64,000 nt of DNA, from NCBI GenBank assembly GCA_963668695.2, contig CAXXLQ010000004.1:3392001-3456000 (forward strand). Reading direction: 5' to 3'. The DNA is from Vicinamibacteria bacterium. GTDB taxonomy: Bacteria; Acidobacteriota; Vicinamibacteria; Marinacidobacterales; Marinacidobacteraceae. The position numbers and the translations under genes were made by a program. A model generated the notes under the pieces. The model saw only the letters and a program-made list of their open reading frames with translations, did not search any database and was not told the origin of the DNA. Shown piece after piece: positions 30,248 through 39,454 of this stretch. Position 1 is the stretch's first letter; every line of letters starts with the position of its first letter.

Positions 30248-30637
30248 GGGCGGGAGATGCTATCCGACCTGCCGCCGCCGGAGGACCCTTTTCCGCATGC
30301 CGCAGATGCCCGCGGACGGCCGGTACCAAGCTGCAATTCGTGCCATTTTGCTAGACTGCGTGCCGGTGCGCCTCGTCGAGGCGTTTGGGGTGCCCGGATG
30401 CAGTCCCGGTTTCCCGGTTGTTGCCGCTCCTGCCGGCTAGCGGGGCGGGACCGGTCGAAATGGCGGGTTCTGGTCTTTTTCTTGCTTGTTTGACCGCGCG
30501 TCGCTATGGCGGCCCGGCGAAAACCACCCCCTGCCGGGGAGTTCACAAACCGCTCGCCCCGACGGTACCCACTGACGGTTCCCATTGGCGGACGGGCTGC
30601 GCCGCAACCTCTTCCGACAGCTTGAACGTCTTCTCCC

Positions 30638-31204
30638 ATGAACACCCCGCCACCCGGCCGCAACTCCGCCGACGCCAGGACAGCGGGGGAGGTGTACCTG
30701 GAGAATGCGCGCTTCGAGTTTCGACGGCTGCGCCGCCTGGCCGAAGCAGCGATCGCGCAGGCGCCGGACGATGCGGCGCTCCATCACCGACTGTCGGAGG
30801 ACACCAACTCCATCGGAATCCTGATGCGCCATCTGGCCGGCAACCTTCGGTCTCGCTGGACGGACTTTCTGACCACCGACGGCGAAAAACCGAATCGAAA
30901 TCGCGAGTCTGAATTCGAGCCCTGCGACCATCTGAGCAGGGACGACCTGCTCGCCGAGTGGAACCAGGCGTTCGCGCTGCTGGAGGAGGTCCTGTCCGAA
31001 ATCCAGCCCGCGGACCTCGGGAAAAGCGTCCGCATCCGCGGCGAGGCGTTTCTCGTTCAGGAGGCCATTCAGCGGCAGGTTGCCCACCTTGCCTACCACA
31101 CCGGCCAGATCGTTCTGCTGGCCCGCGCGACCACTCAGGAATGGAGTTCGCTTTCCATTCCACGCGGAGCGAGCCCCGACTTCCGGAGGCGGCACAAGAA
31201 ATGA
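30638..31204 (+). CDS. DinB superfamily protein (DUF1572-like)
   Basis: NSIGILMRHLAGNLRSRWTDFLTTDGEKPNRNRESEF, HLAYHTGQIV. Confidence 0.85.
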   Translation: MNTPPPGRNSADARTAGEVYLENARFEFRRLRRLAEAAIAQAPDDAALHHRLSEDTNSIGILMRHLAGNLRSRWTDFLTTDGEKPNRNRESEFEPCDHLSRDDLLAEWNQAFALLEEVLSEIQPADLGKSVRIRGEAFLVQEAIQRQVAHLAYHTGQIVLLARATTQEWSSLSIPRGASPDFRRRHKK

Positions 31205-31842
31205 CTTTTCCGGACTTGAACACTCCCATCCCGGTCCGCCGCGCGCTTCTCGCGGCCCTCGTTCTCCTCGCCGGCGGTTGCGCCGGCACGAACCGGCCGG
31301 CGGCGACGCCTCCGGACCTTGCCGAGGTCGGTGAGGCTTCGTGGTACGGCATCGAGGAGCGGGGTCGGCCGACCGCCAGCGGAGAGCCGATGGACCCGGG
31401 CGCGCTGACCGCCGCCCATCGCACCCTGCCGTTCGGCACGATCGTGGAAGTCACGACCGTCGAGACCGGCGCCGCCGTCCAGGTGCGGATCAATGACCGA
31501 GGCCCCTTCGTTCGCTCCCGGGTGATCGACCTGTCCCACGAGGCGGCGCGCCGCCTCGGCATCCTGCGGGAAGGGGTGGCCCAGGTGCGGTTGACCGTTG
31601 CGAATATCCCCCCCCGAACACCCTTCACCGTACAGGTTGCCGCTTTTGGCCGACGCCAGGCCGCCGAGAGGTTCTCCGAAAAGCTCAGGGCGGATGGGTA
31701 TTCAGGAGTCGAGATAACTCCCGGAGACGGGGTTCACCGGGTCCGGGTGGGACGCTTCATGAAGCGGTCGGACGCCGAACTGACCGCACGCGCGCTGAAG
31801 GGCAACGGCTACGACGCCCTCGTGGTCCAGGTCCGGCTCTAA
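31201..31842 (+). CDS. rlpA: Septal ring lytic transglycosylase RlpA family lipoprotein with SPOR domain
   Basis: Lipobox LAGGC, GEASWYG, TAAHRTLPFGT, VRINDRGPF, VQVAAF SPOR. Confidence 0.92.
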   Translation: MTFPDLNTPIPVRRALLAALVLLAGGCAGTNRPAATPPDLAEVGEASWYGIEERGRPTASGEPMDPGALTAAHRTLPFGTIVEVTTVETGAAVQVRINDRGPFVRSRVIDLSHEAARRLGILREGVAQVRLTVANIPPRTPFTVQVAAFGRRQAAERFSEKLRADGYSGVEITPGDGVHRVRVGRFMKRSDAELTARALKGNGYDALVVQVRL

Positions 31843-31878
31843 TCCTTTCGAAAGCCCCCGCCATCCGCACGGTGCTTA

Positions 31879-32059
31879 ACAGCCGGTGGCGAAACCCACG
31901 TGAGCGCCGAGACGGGCGAGGCGCCCGGCTGACAAGGCGCGCGAGGGAGGAATACCGGGTGTATTTCGACCGAAGCGCAACGCAGAGCCCCGCGAAGCGG
32001 GGCGGTTCAGGCGGGATGCATCGCCCGTCGAACGCCGCGTGGGTTTTGCCACAGGTTGT
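31879..32059 (-). mobile_element. MITE family 1, copy B (181 bp, empty form)
   Basis: About 20-bp terminal inverted repeats, TA flanks, no 18-mer; tandem with copy C through a shared TA. Confidence 0.85.
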
Positions 32060-32061
32060 TA

Positions 32062-32217
32062 ACAGCCTGTGGCGAAACCCAGGCGGCCCAGTTCTCCCGG
32101 TGGGGGCTCCTCCCTCACGCGCCTTGCCAGCCGGACCCCCACCGGGAGAACTGGGCCTCGCCCCCACCGGGAGGACTGGCCGGTCTCGGCGCTCACCCGG
32201 GTTCCACCACAGGCTGT
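32062..32217 (+). mobile_element. MITE family 1, copy C (156 bp; three 18-mers, 80-bp internal deletion)
   Basis: Same ends; the segment between sites 1 and 2 is absent, leaving a single 18-mer at the junction. Confidence 0.8.
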
Positions 32218-32219
32218 TA

Positions 32220-32432
32220 GGGCTGTTGGCAGCCGGTGGCGAAACCCTGAAGGCAACCATCCGCGGCGCGTAGCGCCGCGGGGGTGGGGTGTGGGGAGGG
32301 GTGTCCCCTCCCCACCGGAGACGGCGGAGCGAATCGCCCACCAACCCGTGGGGAAAGCGCCCCGCCCGCACCCAAACCGCCAGATTCGGCGCACGGGACG
32401 CCCGGCGCGTGCGGGGTGCTTTCGCCACGGGC
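32220..32432. repeat. Second MITE-like element with related ends but different interior
   Basis: GCCGGTGGCGAAACCC...GCTTTCGCCACGGGC followed by TA; internal hairpin GTGGGGAGGGG-TGT-CCCCTCCCCAC. Confidence 0.55.
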
Positions 32433-33013
32433 TACTGCCAGGCCGCCGGCGCGATGAGCACCTCGATTTCCTCCTCGGCAACGGTGGCGTCGCTTGTTTC
32501 GAGTCGCGCCCGCACCAACCAGCGAAAACGGCCCTCGAAGGACCGATAGGAAAAACGGGCGTCCTCGGGGATCGGGAGCTCCGAGGTGACCTCCCACTGG
32601 CCCCCGGCCGGCAGTGACTCGCCGCGGCAGAGCTCATGATCCAGCGACAGCACCTTCCGGCTCGCCCCCTGCGCGTCACGCTGCTCGGCGGTCAGCGTCA
32701 CCCGGACCTCCTTGATCTCGACCGGCCGCCTTGTCACGATGCGAACCGCGCAGCGGATCGCTCCACCTGGCACGGCCGCTTCGCTGAGGCCAAGATCACA
32801 AACCGAAAACGGGTGCCACCCCAGAAACCACACGGTCGCGCCCGCTGAGCGAATGACGAAAAAAGCCACCAGGAGGCCACCGAGCAGCCAGGGCAGCGTC
32901 CAGTTGTAAAAGGTCGCAAGGTGGACAAAGAAGAGCGCCCCCAAAACGGTGCCGGAAAGCGAGAGCAGCGAGCGCCGCTTGTCGCGGGCGATGAGCGAAG
33001 TCCAGACGAGCAT
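32432..33013 (-). CDS. Hypothetical membrane-anchored protein with a C-terminal beta-rich domain
   Basis: Two N-terminal hydrophobic helices, coding-like composition. Confidence 0.6.
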   Translation of the reverse strand: MLVWTSLIARDKRRSLLSLSGTVLGALFFVHLATFYNWTLPWLLGGLLVAFFVIRSAGATVWFLGWHPFSVCDLGLSEAAVPGGAIRCAVRIVTRRPVEIKEVRVTLTAEQRDAQGASRKVLSLDHELCRGESLPAGGQWEVTSELPIPEDARFSYRSFEGRFRWLVRARLETSDATVAEEEIEVLIAPAAWQ

Positions 33014-33046
33014 GGCCGGCCGTCAGCTTCCCGAGAGGACCAGCTT

Positions 33047-33916
33047 GTGCAGCCGGTGAAACGGAGCGCGGACGGCACGCCGGATTCTAGGCCCCGCGTT
33101 CTCGTCGTCGGACACCTGACCGAGGATCTGACTCGTCAAGGGCCGCGGCTCGGCGGCGCCGCCGCCTACGCGGGGCTGCTGGCCCACCGGTTCGGTGGCC
33201 GGGTCACGATCCTGACCGCGGCCGACGCGGCGTTTCCGTACCTCGAAGGTTTCGCCGGAATCGCCATTCACCGGGTGCCCTCCCGGGACCGGACCCGGTT
33301 CGAAAACCGCTACCGGGCAAACGGCGCGCGGGAACAGACGATCCTGAGCCGCGCGGCGGTCATCCCGGAAACACAAATCCGCCGCGCGGTGGGAGAACTT
33401 CCGCCCGGATCGGCGGTCCTCTACTGCCCAGTCGCCGATGAACTCGGCGGTGCCGGCCCCCTGCCCCGCCCGCACGGAGCGCGCGCCCTCGCCGGAGCCG
33501 CTCTCCAGGGTTTGCTGCGTCGCTGGGACAACAAAGGACGAGTTTCCATCCGTTGGTCGCCGGAAATCATCGAGAGACTCTCGGATCTCGACTTCGTGTC
33601 CGTTTCCGAAACGGAGTTTCCGGAAGGAACCGACCTCCCGCTCCCCATCGTGGCCGTGACCCGGGGCCGCCACGGGACGGTGCTTTGTCGTCCGGGACGC
33701 CCGGCCACGGAGGTTCCCGCTGTCTCCGCCGTCGAGGTGGACCCCACGGGGGCGGGTGACGTGTTCGCCGCGGCGCTGCTGATCGGGCTGTGGAACCAAA
33801 GGCCGGTCCACCAAGCCGCCCAACTCGCAGCCGCCGCGGCGGCGATCAGCGTCGAGTCGCCGGGAACCGAGGGAATCCCGACGCTCGACGAAGCAACCGC
33901 CCGGATCAGCGCGTGA
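33047..33916 (+). CDS. PfkB family carbohydrate kinase
   Basis: VVGHLTED, LGGAAAYAG, VTRGRHG, EVDPTGAGDVFAAA. Start uncertain. Confidence 0.88.
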   Translation: MQPVKRSADGTPDSRPRVLVVGHLTEDLTRQGPRLGGAAAYAGLLAHRFGGRVTILTAADAAFPYLEGFAGIAIHRVPSRDRTRFENRYRANGAREQTILSRAAVIPETQIRRAVGELPPGSAVLYCPVADELGGAGPLPRPHGARALAGAALQGLLRRWDNKGRVSIRWSPEIIERLSDLDFVSVSETEFPEGTDLPLPIVAVTRGRHGTVLCRPGRPATEVPAVSAVEVDPTGAGDVFAAALLIGLWNQRPVHQAAQLAAAAAAISVESPGTEGIPTLDEATARISA

Positions 33917-34083
33917 GCAGCGGGATGGCGTGGGAACGCCGGCCTTCAGGCCGGCACCGCCCGCCGAAAGGCGGGCGAGAGCACGCGCTGCCGACGTGCG
34001 TGAGGCGCGCCAATGCCGGAAACGGACAGCGTCACCGTTGCGGGTGGCTGAGCCGGGCTATCGCGTGAGCAACGGGATGGCGT
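33910..34083. repeat. REP-like element (33932-33977) bracketed by a 22-bp direct repeat
   Basis: CGCGTGAGCAGCGGGATGGCGT (33910-33931) and CGCGTGAGCAACGGGATGGCGT (34062-34083); REP GGGAACGCCGGCCTTCAGGCCGGCAC plus hairpin GCCCGCC-GAAA-GGCGGGC. Confidence 0.75.
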
Positions 34084-34732
34084 CCGGACTCACCCGCGCC
34101 CCGGTTACCCGCCAGGCCCAGATCCCACGTCGCTGAAACAGGATGTCAGCCCAGAGCGGATCCTCGTCCGGGGGATCGTTCTGGACTCCCAGCCGAACGG
34201 CGAAGTCGTTCCACCCCTCGTAGCCGGCGCTCACCGATACCCCGCCCACCCGGTCGGACTCCTGCTGCGCTTCCCCGCCGAGATCGAGGAAGGCCGACCA
34301 TCCTTTCGCGGCGGAGGGGCCCTCGCGGAGCGCCCGGTCCACCCCCTCGGGGGTCGCGAACCGGTCAATCATCGCCTCGCCCACGGCGACTGCGAGTTGC
34401 CCCCCCAGATCAGGCGCCGGCTCGGGGGTTTCGGATCCCCCGTCTTCCAACTCGGCGCTTCGCCGGCTCTCGGCCCGTTGCGAGGCTCCGACCGTGCGGC
34501 GCAACTCGCTCTTGAGATTCTCCCGAACCGCTTCGAAGTCCACGAAGTCGTGGAGAGTGTCCGCATCCCCGAGGGCGACCGCCTCGCGGATGCGCCAGGC
34601 CGCGAAGTAGGGGCCCAGATAGATGCTGGCGCCGAGGCCCAGGAAAACCGCCCAGCCAAGGAGCAGATAAAGACGCCGGCGGCTCACTTGGACAATACTA
34701 ACGGCCGGGAATCCCTCGGGTTCCCGAAACAA
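34058..34732 (-). CDS. DUF2939-like membrane-anchored protein
   Basis: TM helix, then PYFAAWRIREAV..DADTLHDFVDFEAVRENLKSEL, MIDRFATPEG, WRVT. Confidence 0.7.
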   Translation of the reverse strand: MFREPEGFPAVSIVQVSRRRLYLLLGWAVFLGLGASIYLGPYFAAWRIREAVALGDADTLHDFVDFEAVRENLKSELRRTVGASQRAESRRSAELEDGGSETPEPAPDLGGQLAVAVGEAMIDRFATPEGVDRALREGPSAAKGWSAFLDLGGEAQQESDRVGGVSVSAGYEGWNDFAVRLGVQNDPPDEDPLWADILFQRRGIWAWRVTGARVSPDAIPLLTR

Positions 34733-34761
34733 CCGCCCCGGATCCGGGGCCCCGGGAAACA

Positions 34762-35727
34762 GTGGGAAAACTCGTCGCTCCTCCGGTCGAATCGGCCGAG
34801 TCCTCCGTCCATTTCGCCCTGGACGGAGGCGTCTTCGGCGGCCTTACCGAAGCCCATCTGCAACACGCCATTTCGCCCCGTGAGTTGGCGGGCTTCCAGC
34901 GGGATGGCTACCTCGTCATTCCGAACGCGCTCGGCAAGGGTGAGTTGGCCCGTCTCCTCGAGGCAGTGGACCGCCTCGATGAACGGGAGCGCGGGCGCCT
35001 GGAACTCGCTCCGGGCGACATGATGTCCCGCTTCTGTGTCATTCGCTTCGACCCGGCGTTCCTCGAACTCGTCAGTTGGGTTTGGACGTTTCCCAAGGTG
35101 TGGGGCATCCTCGGCTGGAACATCCAGCTCTACATCTCGCATCTGGTGGTGTACCCGCCGGAAACCTGGGGCGGCCAACAGTGTCGGGCGCCTGTCTGGC
35201 ACCAGGACAGTGGCCGTCCGGTCCTGGAGTTGGAGCGCCCCGCTCCCCGGCTCTCGGTGAAGGTTGCCTATTGGCTCACCGACACGCACGGCGGAGGCCG
35301 CGGCGCCATGGAGGTGATTCCGGGGAGCCACCGGCTCGACGCGCCGCCACCCGAGTGCGACGATCCGGAATGGGATGGCCGGTTCCTGCTGGAGGCGTCC
35401 CCCGGCGACGCGGTCATCTTCGACCGCCGGCTCTGGCACCGTCACGGCAAGAACACCTCCGACGTGGTGCGCAAGGCCCTTTTCTTCGGGTACAGCTACC
35501 GGTGGCTCCGGGCGCTCGACTACTCGGCGATGCCGGAAGCGCTGCTTGAGCGCTGCGATCCGGTCCTCCGGCAGCTCCTTGGAGACGGCCTTACGGAAGT
35601 GGGGTGGTACCAACCGCAGCCCGAAGACGTGCCGCTTCGATCCTGGCTTGCCGCCCGCGTGGGCGAAGAGGGGCTCTGGCAACCTCCCTCCTCCCAGCCA
35701 CAGCAGGAACTGGGGTCCCGGGAGTGA
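34762..35727 (+). CDS. Phytanoyl-CoA dioxygenase (PhyH) family Fe/2OG oxygenase
   Basis: [17 protein letters not shown] (HxD), [20 protein letters not shown]. Confidence 0.88.
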   Translation: MGKLVAPPVESAESSVHFALDGGVFGGLTEAHLQHAISPRELAGFQRDGYLVIPNALGKGELARLLEAVDRLDERERGRLELAPGDMMSRFCVIRFDPAFLELVSWVWTFPKVWGILGWNIQLYISHLVVYPPETWGGQQCRAPVWHQDSGRPVLELERPAPRLSVKVAYWLTDTHGGGRGAMEVIPGSHRLDAPPPECDDPEWDGRFLLEASPGDAVIFDRRLWHRHGKNTSDVVRKALFFGYSYRWLRALDYSAMPEALLERCDPVLRQLLGDGLTEVGWYQPQPEDVPLRSWLAARVGEEGLWQPPSSQPQQELGSRE

Positions 35728-36176
35728 TCGGGGCGCGGGGGGCGCTGGCCGCCATCGCCCTCGGTTCGGCGTTCGCCCTGGCTTCGATGGCCGGTGTCCC
35801 GCCCGCCCCACAAGCGGAACCGAGCGCCGAACCCCTCTCGGTGGGAGAGCTGCGGGATCGGGCTCGAGAAATCCTCGCCGGAGTCCAGGAACGCGAGGTT
35901 CCTCTATCGGTGGCCCGTCGACAGATCGAACAGCTCCTGCGCGACCTGAAAGCGCTGGGCGAAGCGGAAGGCTGGAGCCCGGTGAACCGCCGCCTCGAAA
36001 TGACGATCGCCCGGCCCGAGGACCTCCGCCCCACCGTCACCGAGGAATGTCCCCTCTTCTTCGAGGAGGAGCTCATCCAGCTCTGCCCGCTCGACCAGTC
36101 CCGTTCGGAAATCTGGGGCAACCAGGTGCTGGTCTGCGAGTTCGCCTGCGCCCCGGAATCAGATCCGGCCCGGTGA
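35724..36176 (+). CDS. Hypothetical secreted protein with a Cys-containing C-terminus
   Basis: GTGA overlaps on both sides; signal peptide; four Cys in the C-terminal region. Confidence 0.6.
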   Translation: MIGARGALAAIALGSAFALASMAGVPPAPQAEPSAEPLSVGELRDRAREILAGVQEREVPLSVARRQIEQLLRDLKALGEAEGWSPVNRRLEMTIARPEDLRPTVTEECPLFFEEELIQLCPLDQSRSEIWGNQVLVCEFACAPESDPAR

Positions 36177-37744
36177 CTGTGCGGTCCGGGCGGTCGCGCC
36201 GCACCCTGCGGCCGCTCTACCGGCCCAAAGACGCACCGGGAGGCGAAGAGCGGACCGGCGTACCGGGCGTCCCACCCTTCACCCGCGGAATCCGCACCGG
36301 CGGGTACCGCGATCGGCTCTGGACTATGCGCCAGTACGCGGGCTACGCCACTGCGGCCGAATCCAACCGCCGCTACCGGTATCTGCTCGAAAGCGGACAG
36401 ACGGGCCTGTCGGTGGCCTTCGATCTGCCCACCCAGATCGGCTACGACTCCGACCACCCGCTGGCGGCGGGTGAAGTGGGCCGCGTCGGGGTCGCCATCG
36501 ATTCCCTCGATGACATGGAAACGCTCTTCCGAGGCATCGCTCTCGACGGCGTTTCGACCTCGATGACGATCAACGCGACGGCTCCCATTCTGGTCGCGCT
36601 CTACGTGGCGGCGGCCCGGCGCCAGGGAGTGCCGCTTTCGAAGATCGCCGGAACCGTCCAGAACGACATCCTCAAGGAGTACGCGGCACGGGGCACCTGG
36701 ATCTATCCGCCCGAGCCGTCCATGCGGCTCGCCACCGACCTCATCGAGTGGAGCCGCCGGGAGTTGCCACGCTTCCAGCCAGTGAGCGTGAGCGGGTATC
36801 ACATGCGGGAAGCCGGCTGCACCGCAGCGCAGGAGGTGGGTTTCACACTGGCCAACGGCCTCGCCTACGTCCAGTGGACCGTGGAACGGGGTCTGTCGGT
36901 GGACGAGGTGGCAACCCGCGTTTCCTTCTTTTTCAACGCCCACCGGGACTTCCTGGAGGAGGTCGCCAAGTTCCGCGCGGCCCGCCGCCTCTGGGCGCGG
37001 CTTCTGCAAGAGCGTTTCGGCTCCGAGAGCCCGAGGGCCCAGATGCTGCGGTTCCACGCCCAGACCGCGGGGTCCACCCTGACGGCCCTCGAACCCCAGG
37101 TGAATGTGGTCCGCACCACCCTGGAAGCTCTCGCCGCGGTGCTCGGCGGGACGCAATCGCTTCATACGAACGCGCTCGACGAGGCACTGGGGCTTCCGAC
37201 CGAGGAAACGGCCGAACTAGCGCTCCGCACCCAGCAGGTGATCGCCTTCGAGAGCGGGGTGGCGGCGACGGCCGATCCGCTCGGCGGCTCGTGGGCCATC
37301 GAGGCGCTGACCGACCAGATCGAGGCGGAGGCGCTCGACTGGATCGAGCAGGTGGACCGGTTGGGCGGCGCGGTTGCGGCCATCAGGGCGGGTTTCGTTC
37401 AGGCGCGCATCCAGGAAGCCGCCTACACCTACCAGCAGGACGTGGAAGCCGGCGACGAAATCGTCGTGGGGGTAAACCGATTCCGGCAGGAGGGAGAGCG
37501 AAGCCGCGTCGAACCGTTCGAACTGGATGCGGAAACGGAAACCTCCCAGGTCGAACGGGTGCGGCGGGTGCGCGCCCGCAGAGAGGCGACGGAGGTGGAC
37601 CGCACGCTTCGGGAGGTCCGCCAAGTGGCCGCCGAAGGAGGCAACCTGATGCCCGCCATTCTGGCCGCGGTTTCGGCGATGGCCACCGTCGGGGAGATCA
37701 GCGACGCGCTGAGGGCCGTCTTCGGCGAGCACCGGGGCAACTGA
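36173..37744 (+). CDS. Methylmalonyl-CoA mutase, substrate-binding (large) subunit
   Basis: [15 protein letters not shown] (Tyr specificity residue), [38 protein letters not shown]; no B12-binding domain. Confidence 0.93.
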   Translation: MTVRSGRSRRTLRPLYRPKDAPGGEERTGVPGVPPFTRGIRTGGYRDRLWTMRQYAGYATAAESNRRYRYLLESGQTGLSVAFDLPTQIGYDSDHPLAAGEVGRVGVAIDSLDDMETLFRGIALDGVSTSMTINATAPILVALYVAAARRQGVPLSKIAGTVQNDILKEYAARGTWIYPPEPSMRLATDLIEWSRRELPRFQPVSVSGYHMREAGCTAAQEVGFTLANGLAYVQWTVERGLSVDEVATRVSFFFNAHRDFLEEVAKFRAARRLWARLLQERFGSESPRAQMLRFHAQTAGSTLTALEPQVNVVRTTLEALAAVLGGTQSLHTNALDEALGLPTEETAELALRTQQVIAFESGVAATADPLGGSWAIEALTDQIEAEALDWIEQVDRLGGAVAAIRAGFVQARIQEAAYTYQQDVEAGDEIVVGVNRFRQEGERSRVEPFELDAETETSQVERVRRVRARREATEVDRTLREVRQVAAEGGNLMPAILAAVSAMATVGEISDALRAVFGEHRGN

Positions 37745-37748
37745 TCCG

Positions 37749-38369
37749 GTGCCCGAACCGGTGGCGCCCTCTTTCGGCGAGATCCTGGCCGCCGGGCGTT
37801 ACTCCGACTTTCGGGAGCGGCTCCGCGGAAGCGGCTGCACGCGCTGCGGGCTCGCGGCAGGCAGGACCCACATCGTGGTGGACCGCGGGAATCCGGAGGC
37901 CGCCATCCTCGCGGTCGGAGAAGCGCCCGGGGCTTCCGAGGACGCCCGAGGCATCGCATTCTCTGGACGCGCCGGGAAGATGCTGGACGAACTCTTCCGA
38001 GGCGCCGGCCTCTCGACCGACGAACACCTGTTCATCGTGAATGTGGTGAAGTGCCGCCCGCCCCGCAACCGAGCGCCGCACGCCGAGGAAGCCGCCCGCT
38101 GCCGGCCATTTCTGGAGCGGCAACTCGCCCTCTCACCGGCTCGAATCATCGCGCTCATGGGGGCCACCGCACTACGCCATTTCGCCCCGGAACGCGCGAA
38201 GGGGCCGCTCGGCGCTCAGGTGGGCCGTTTCTTCCGCCTGCCGACCTGGCCTGACCGCGATTTCGTCACGCTCTACCACCCGGCCGCGATCCTGTACAAC
38301 CGGTCGCTGGAGGCGCGTGCGCGGGAGCATGTCCGAGCGCTGGCGGCCCGAATCCAGAGCAGCCGCTGA
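37749..38369 (+). CDS. Uracil-DNA glycosylase, family 4 (4Fe-4S)
   Basis: CTRC, VGEAPG, GRAGKML, NVVKCRPP.NR, YHPAA. Confidence 0.92.
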   Translation: MPEPVAPSFGEILAAGRYSDFRERLRGSGCTRCGLAAGRTHIVVDRGNPEAAILAVGEAPGASEDARGIAFSGRAGKMLDELFRGAGLSTDEHLFIVNVVKCRPPRNRAPHAEEAARCRPFLERQLALSPARIIALMGATALRHFAPERAKGPLGAQVGRFFRLPTWPDRDFVTLYHPAAILYNRSLEARAREHVRALAARIQSSR

Positions 38370-38396
38370 TGGCCCGGCTGATGGCCCGGATCCCTA

Positions 38397-38668
38397 ACAG
38401 CCGGTGGTGAAACCCACGTGAGCGCCGAGGCTGGCCAGTTCTCCCGGTGGGGGCGAGGCCCAGTTCTCCCGGTGGGGCCAGTTCTCCCGGTGGGGGCCCG
38501 GCTGACAAGGCGCGTGAGGGAGGAGCCCCCACCGGGAGAACTGGCCCGGGTGTATTTCGACCGAAACGCAACGCAGAACGCAGCGAAGCGGAGTGGTTCA
38601 GCCGGGATGGATCGCCGGTCGAGCCCCCACCGGGAGAACTGGGCCGCGTGGGTTTTGCCACAGGCTGC
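38397..38668 (-). mobile_element. MITE family 1, copy F (272 bp; five 18-mers)
   Basis: Same ends, TA flanks; length 181+4x18+19. Confidence 0.85.
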
Positions 38669-38731
38669 TAACTCCGCTCGCGGATGTTCCCGGTCACGCT
38701 GCCGACCCGGGACGAGGTGTACTGATCGATG

Positions 38732-38752
38732 ATATATCTCAATGAGATATAT
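38732..38752. promoter_or_regulatory. Putative VapBC autoregulatory operator
   Basis: Perfect AT-rich inverted repeat ATATATCTCA-A-TGAGATATAT just upstream of vapB. Confidence 0.7.
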
Positions 38753-38768
38753 TTTCTGGGAGAGGGTC

Positions 38769-39026
38769 ATGGCACAAACCGCGAAGCTGTTCTGGTCCGG
38801 GCGTTCGCAAGCGGTGCGCCTGCCGAAGTCGTTCCGGATGGAAGGGAGCGAAGTGCGGATCCGGCGTCAAGGCCGCACGGTGATCCTCGAGCCGATCGCA
38901 GAAGACTGGGCGTGGCTTGACGCCATCGGCGGCGCCTTCTCCGACGATTTTTTCGCTGAGGGACGACAGCAACCTGACGAACAGGAACGACCCGCTCTGG
39001 ACACCCTGTTTAACAGCCGGTGGTGA
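38769..39026 (+). CDS. vapB: VapB/VagC AbrB-type antitoxin (C-terminus altered by MITE)
   Basis: MAQTAKLFWSGRSQAVRLPKSFR..EVRIRRQG..VILEP. Confidence 0.92.
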   Translation: MAQTAKLFWSGRSQAVRLPKSFRMEGSEVRIRRQGRTVILEPIAEDWAWLDAIGGAFSDDFFAEGRQQPDEQERPALDTLFNSRW

Positions 39027-39193
39027 AACCCGCGCGGCGTTCGAGCGGCGATCCATCCCGCCTGAACCGCGCCGCTTTGCGGCGCTCTGCGTTGCGTTTC
39101 GGTCGAAATACACTCGGTATTCCTCCCTCACGCGCCTTGTCAGCCGGGCGCCTCACCGCTCTCGGCGCTCACCCGGGTTCCACCACAGGCTGT
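39013..39193 (+). mobile_element. MITE family 1, copy D (181 bp, empty form)
   Basis: ACAGCCGGTGGTGAAACCC...CACCACAGGCTGT, TA flanks. Confidence 0.85.
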
Positions 39194-39195
39194 TA

Positions 39196-39448
39196 ACAGC
39201 CGGTGGTGAAACCCACGCGGCCCAGTTCTCCCGGTGGGGGCTCGGCCGGCGATCCATCCCGGTTGAACCGCGTCGCTTCGCGCCGCTCATCGTTGCGTTT
39301 CGGTCGAAATACACCCGGGCCAGTTCTCCCGGTAGGGGCTCCTCCCTCACGCGCCTTGTCAGCCGGGCCCCCACCGGGAGAACTGGCCCCACCGGGAGAA
39401 CTGGGCCTCACCGGCCTCGGCGCTCACCCGGGTTTCACCACAGGCTGT
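39196..39448 (+). mobile_element. MITE family 1, copy E (253 bp; four 18-mers)
   Basis: Same ends; length 181+4x18. Confidence 0.85.
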
Positions 39449-39454
39449 TAGCTG

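Noticed and set aside
30330-30346. Sigma-54 promoter upstream of the SorA-like gene (TGGCACGAATTGC on the minus strand)
   Set aside because: The GG-to-GC spacing is 2 nt shorter than the strict -24/-12 consensus.
38397-39448. Clustered short repeats read as a CRISPR array
   Set aside because: The repeats are 18 nt, occur in both orientations, and the intervening sequences are conserved MITE segments rather than unique spacers; no cas genes are present.
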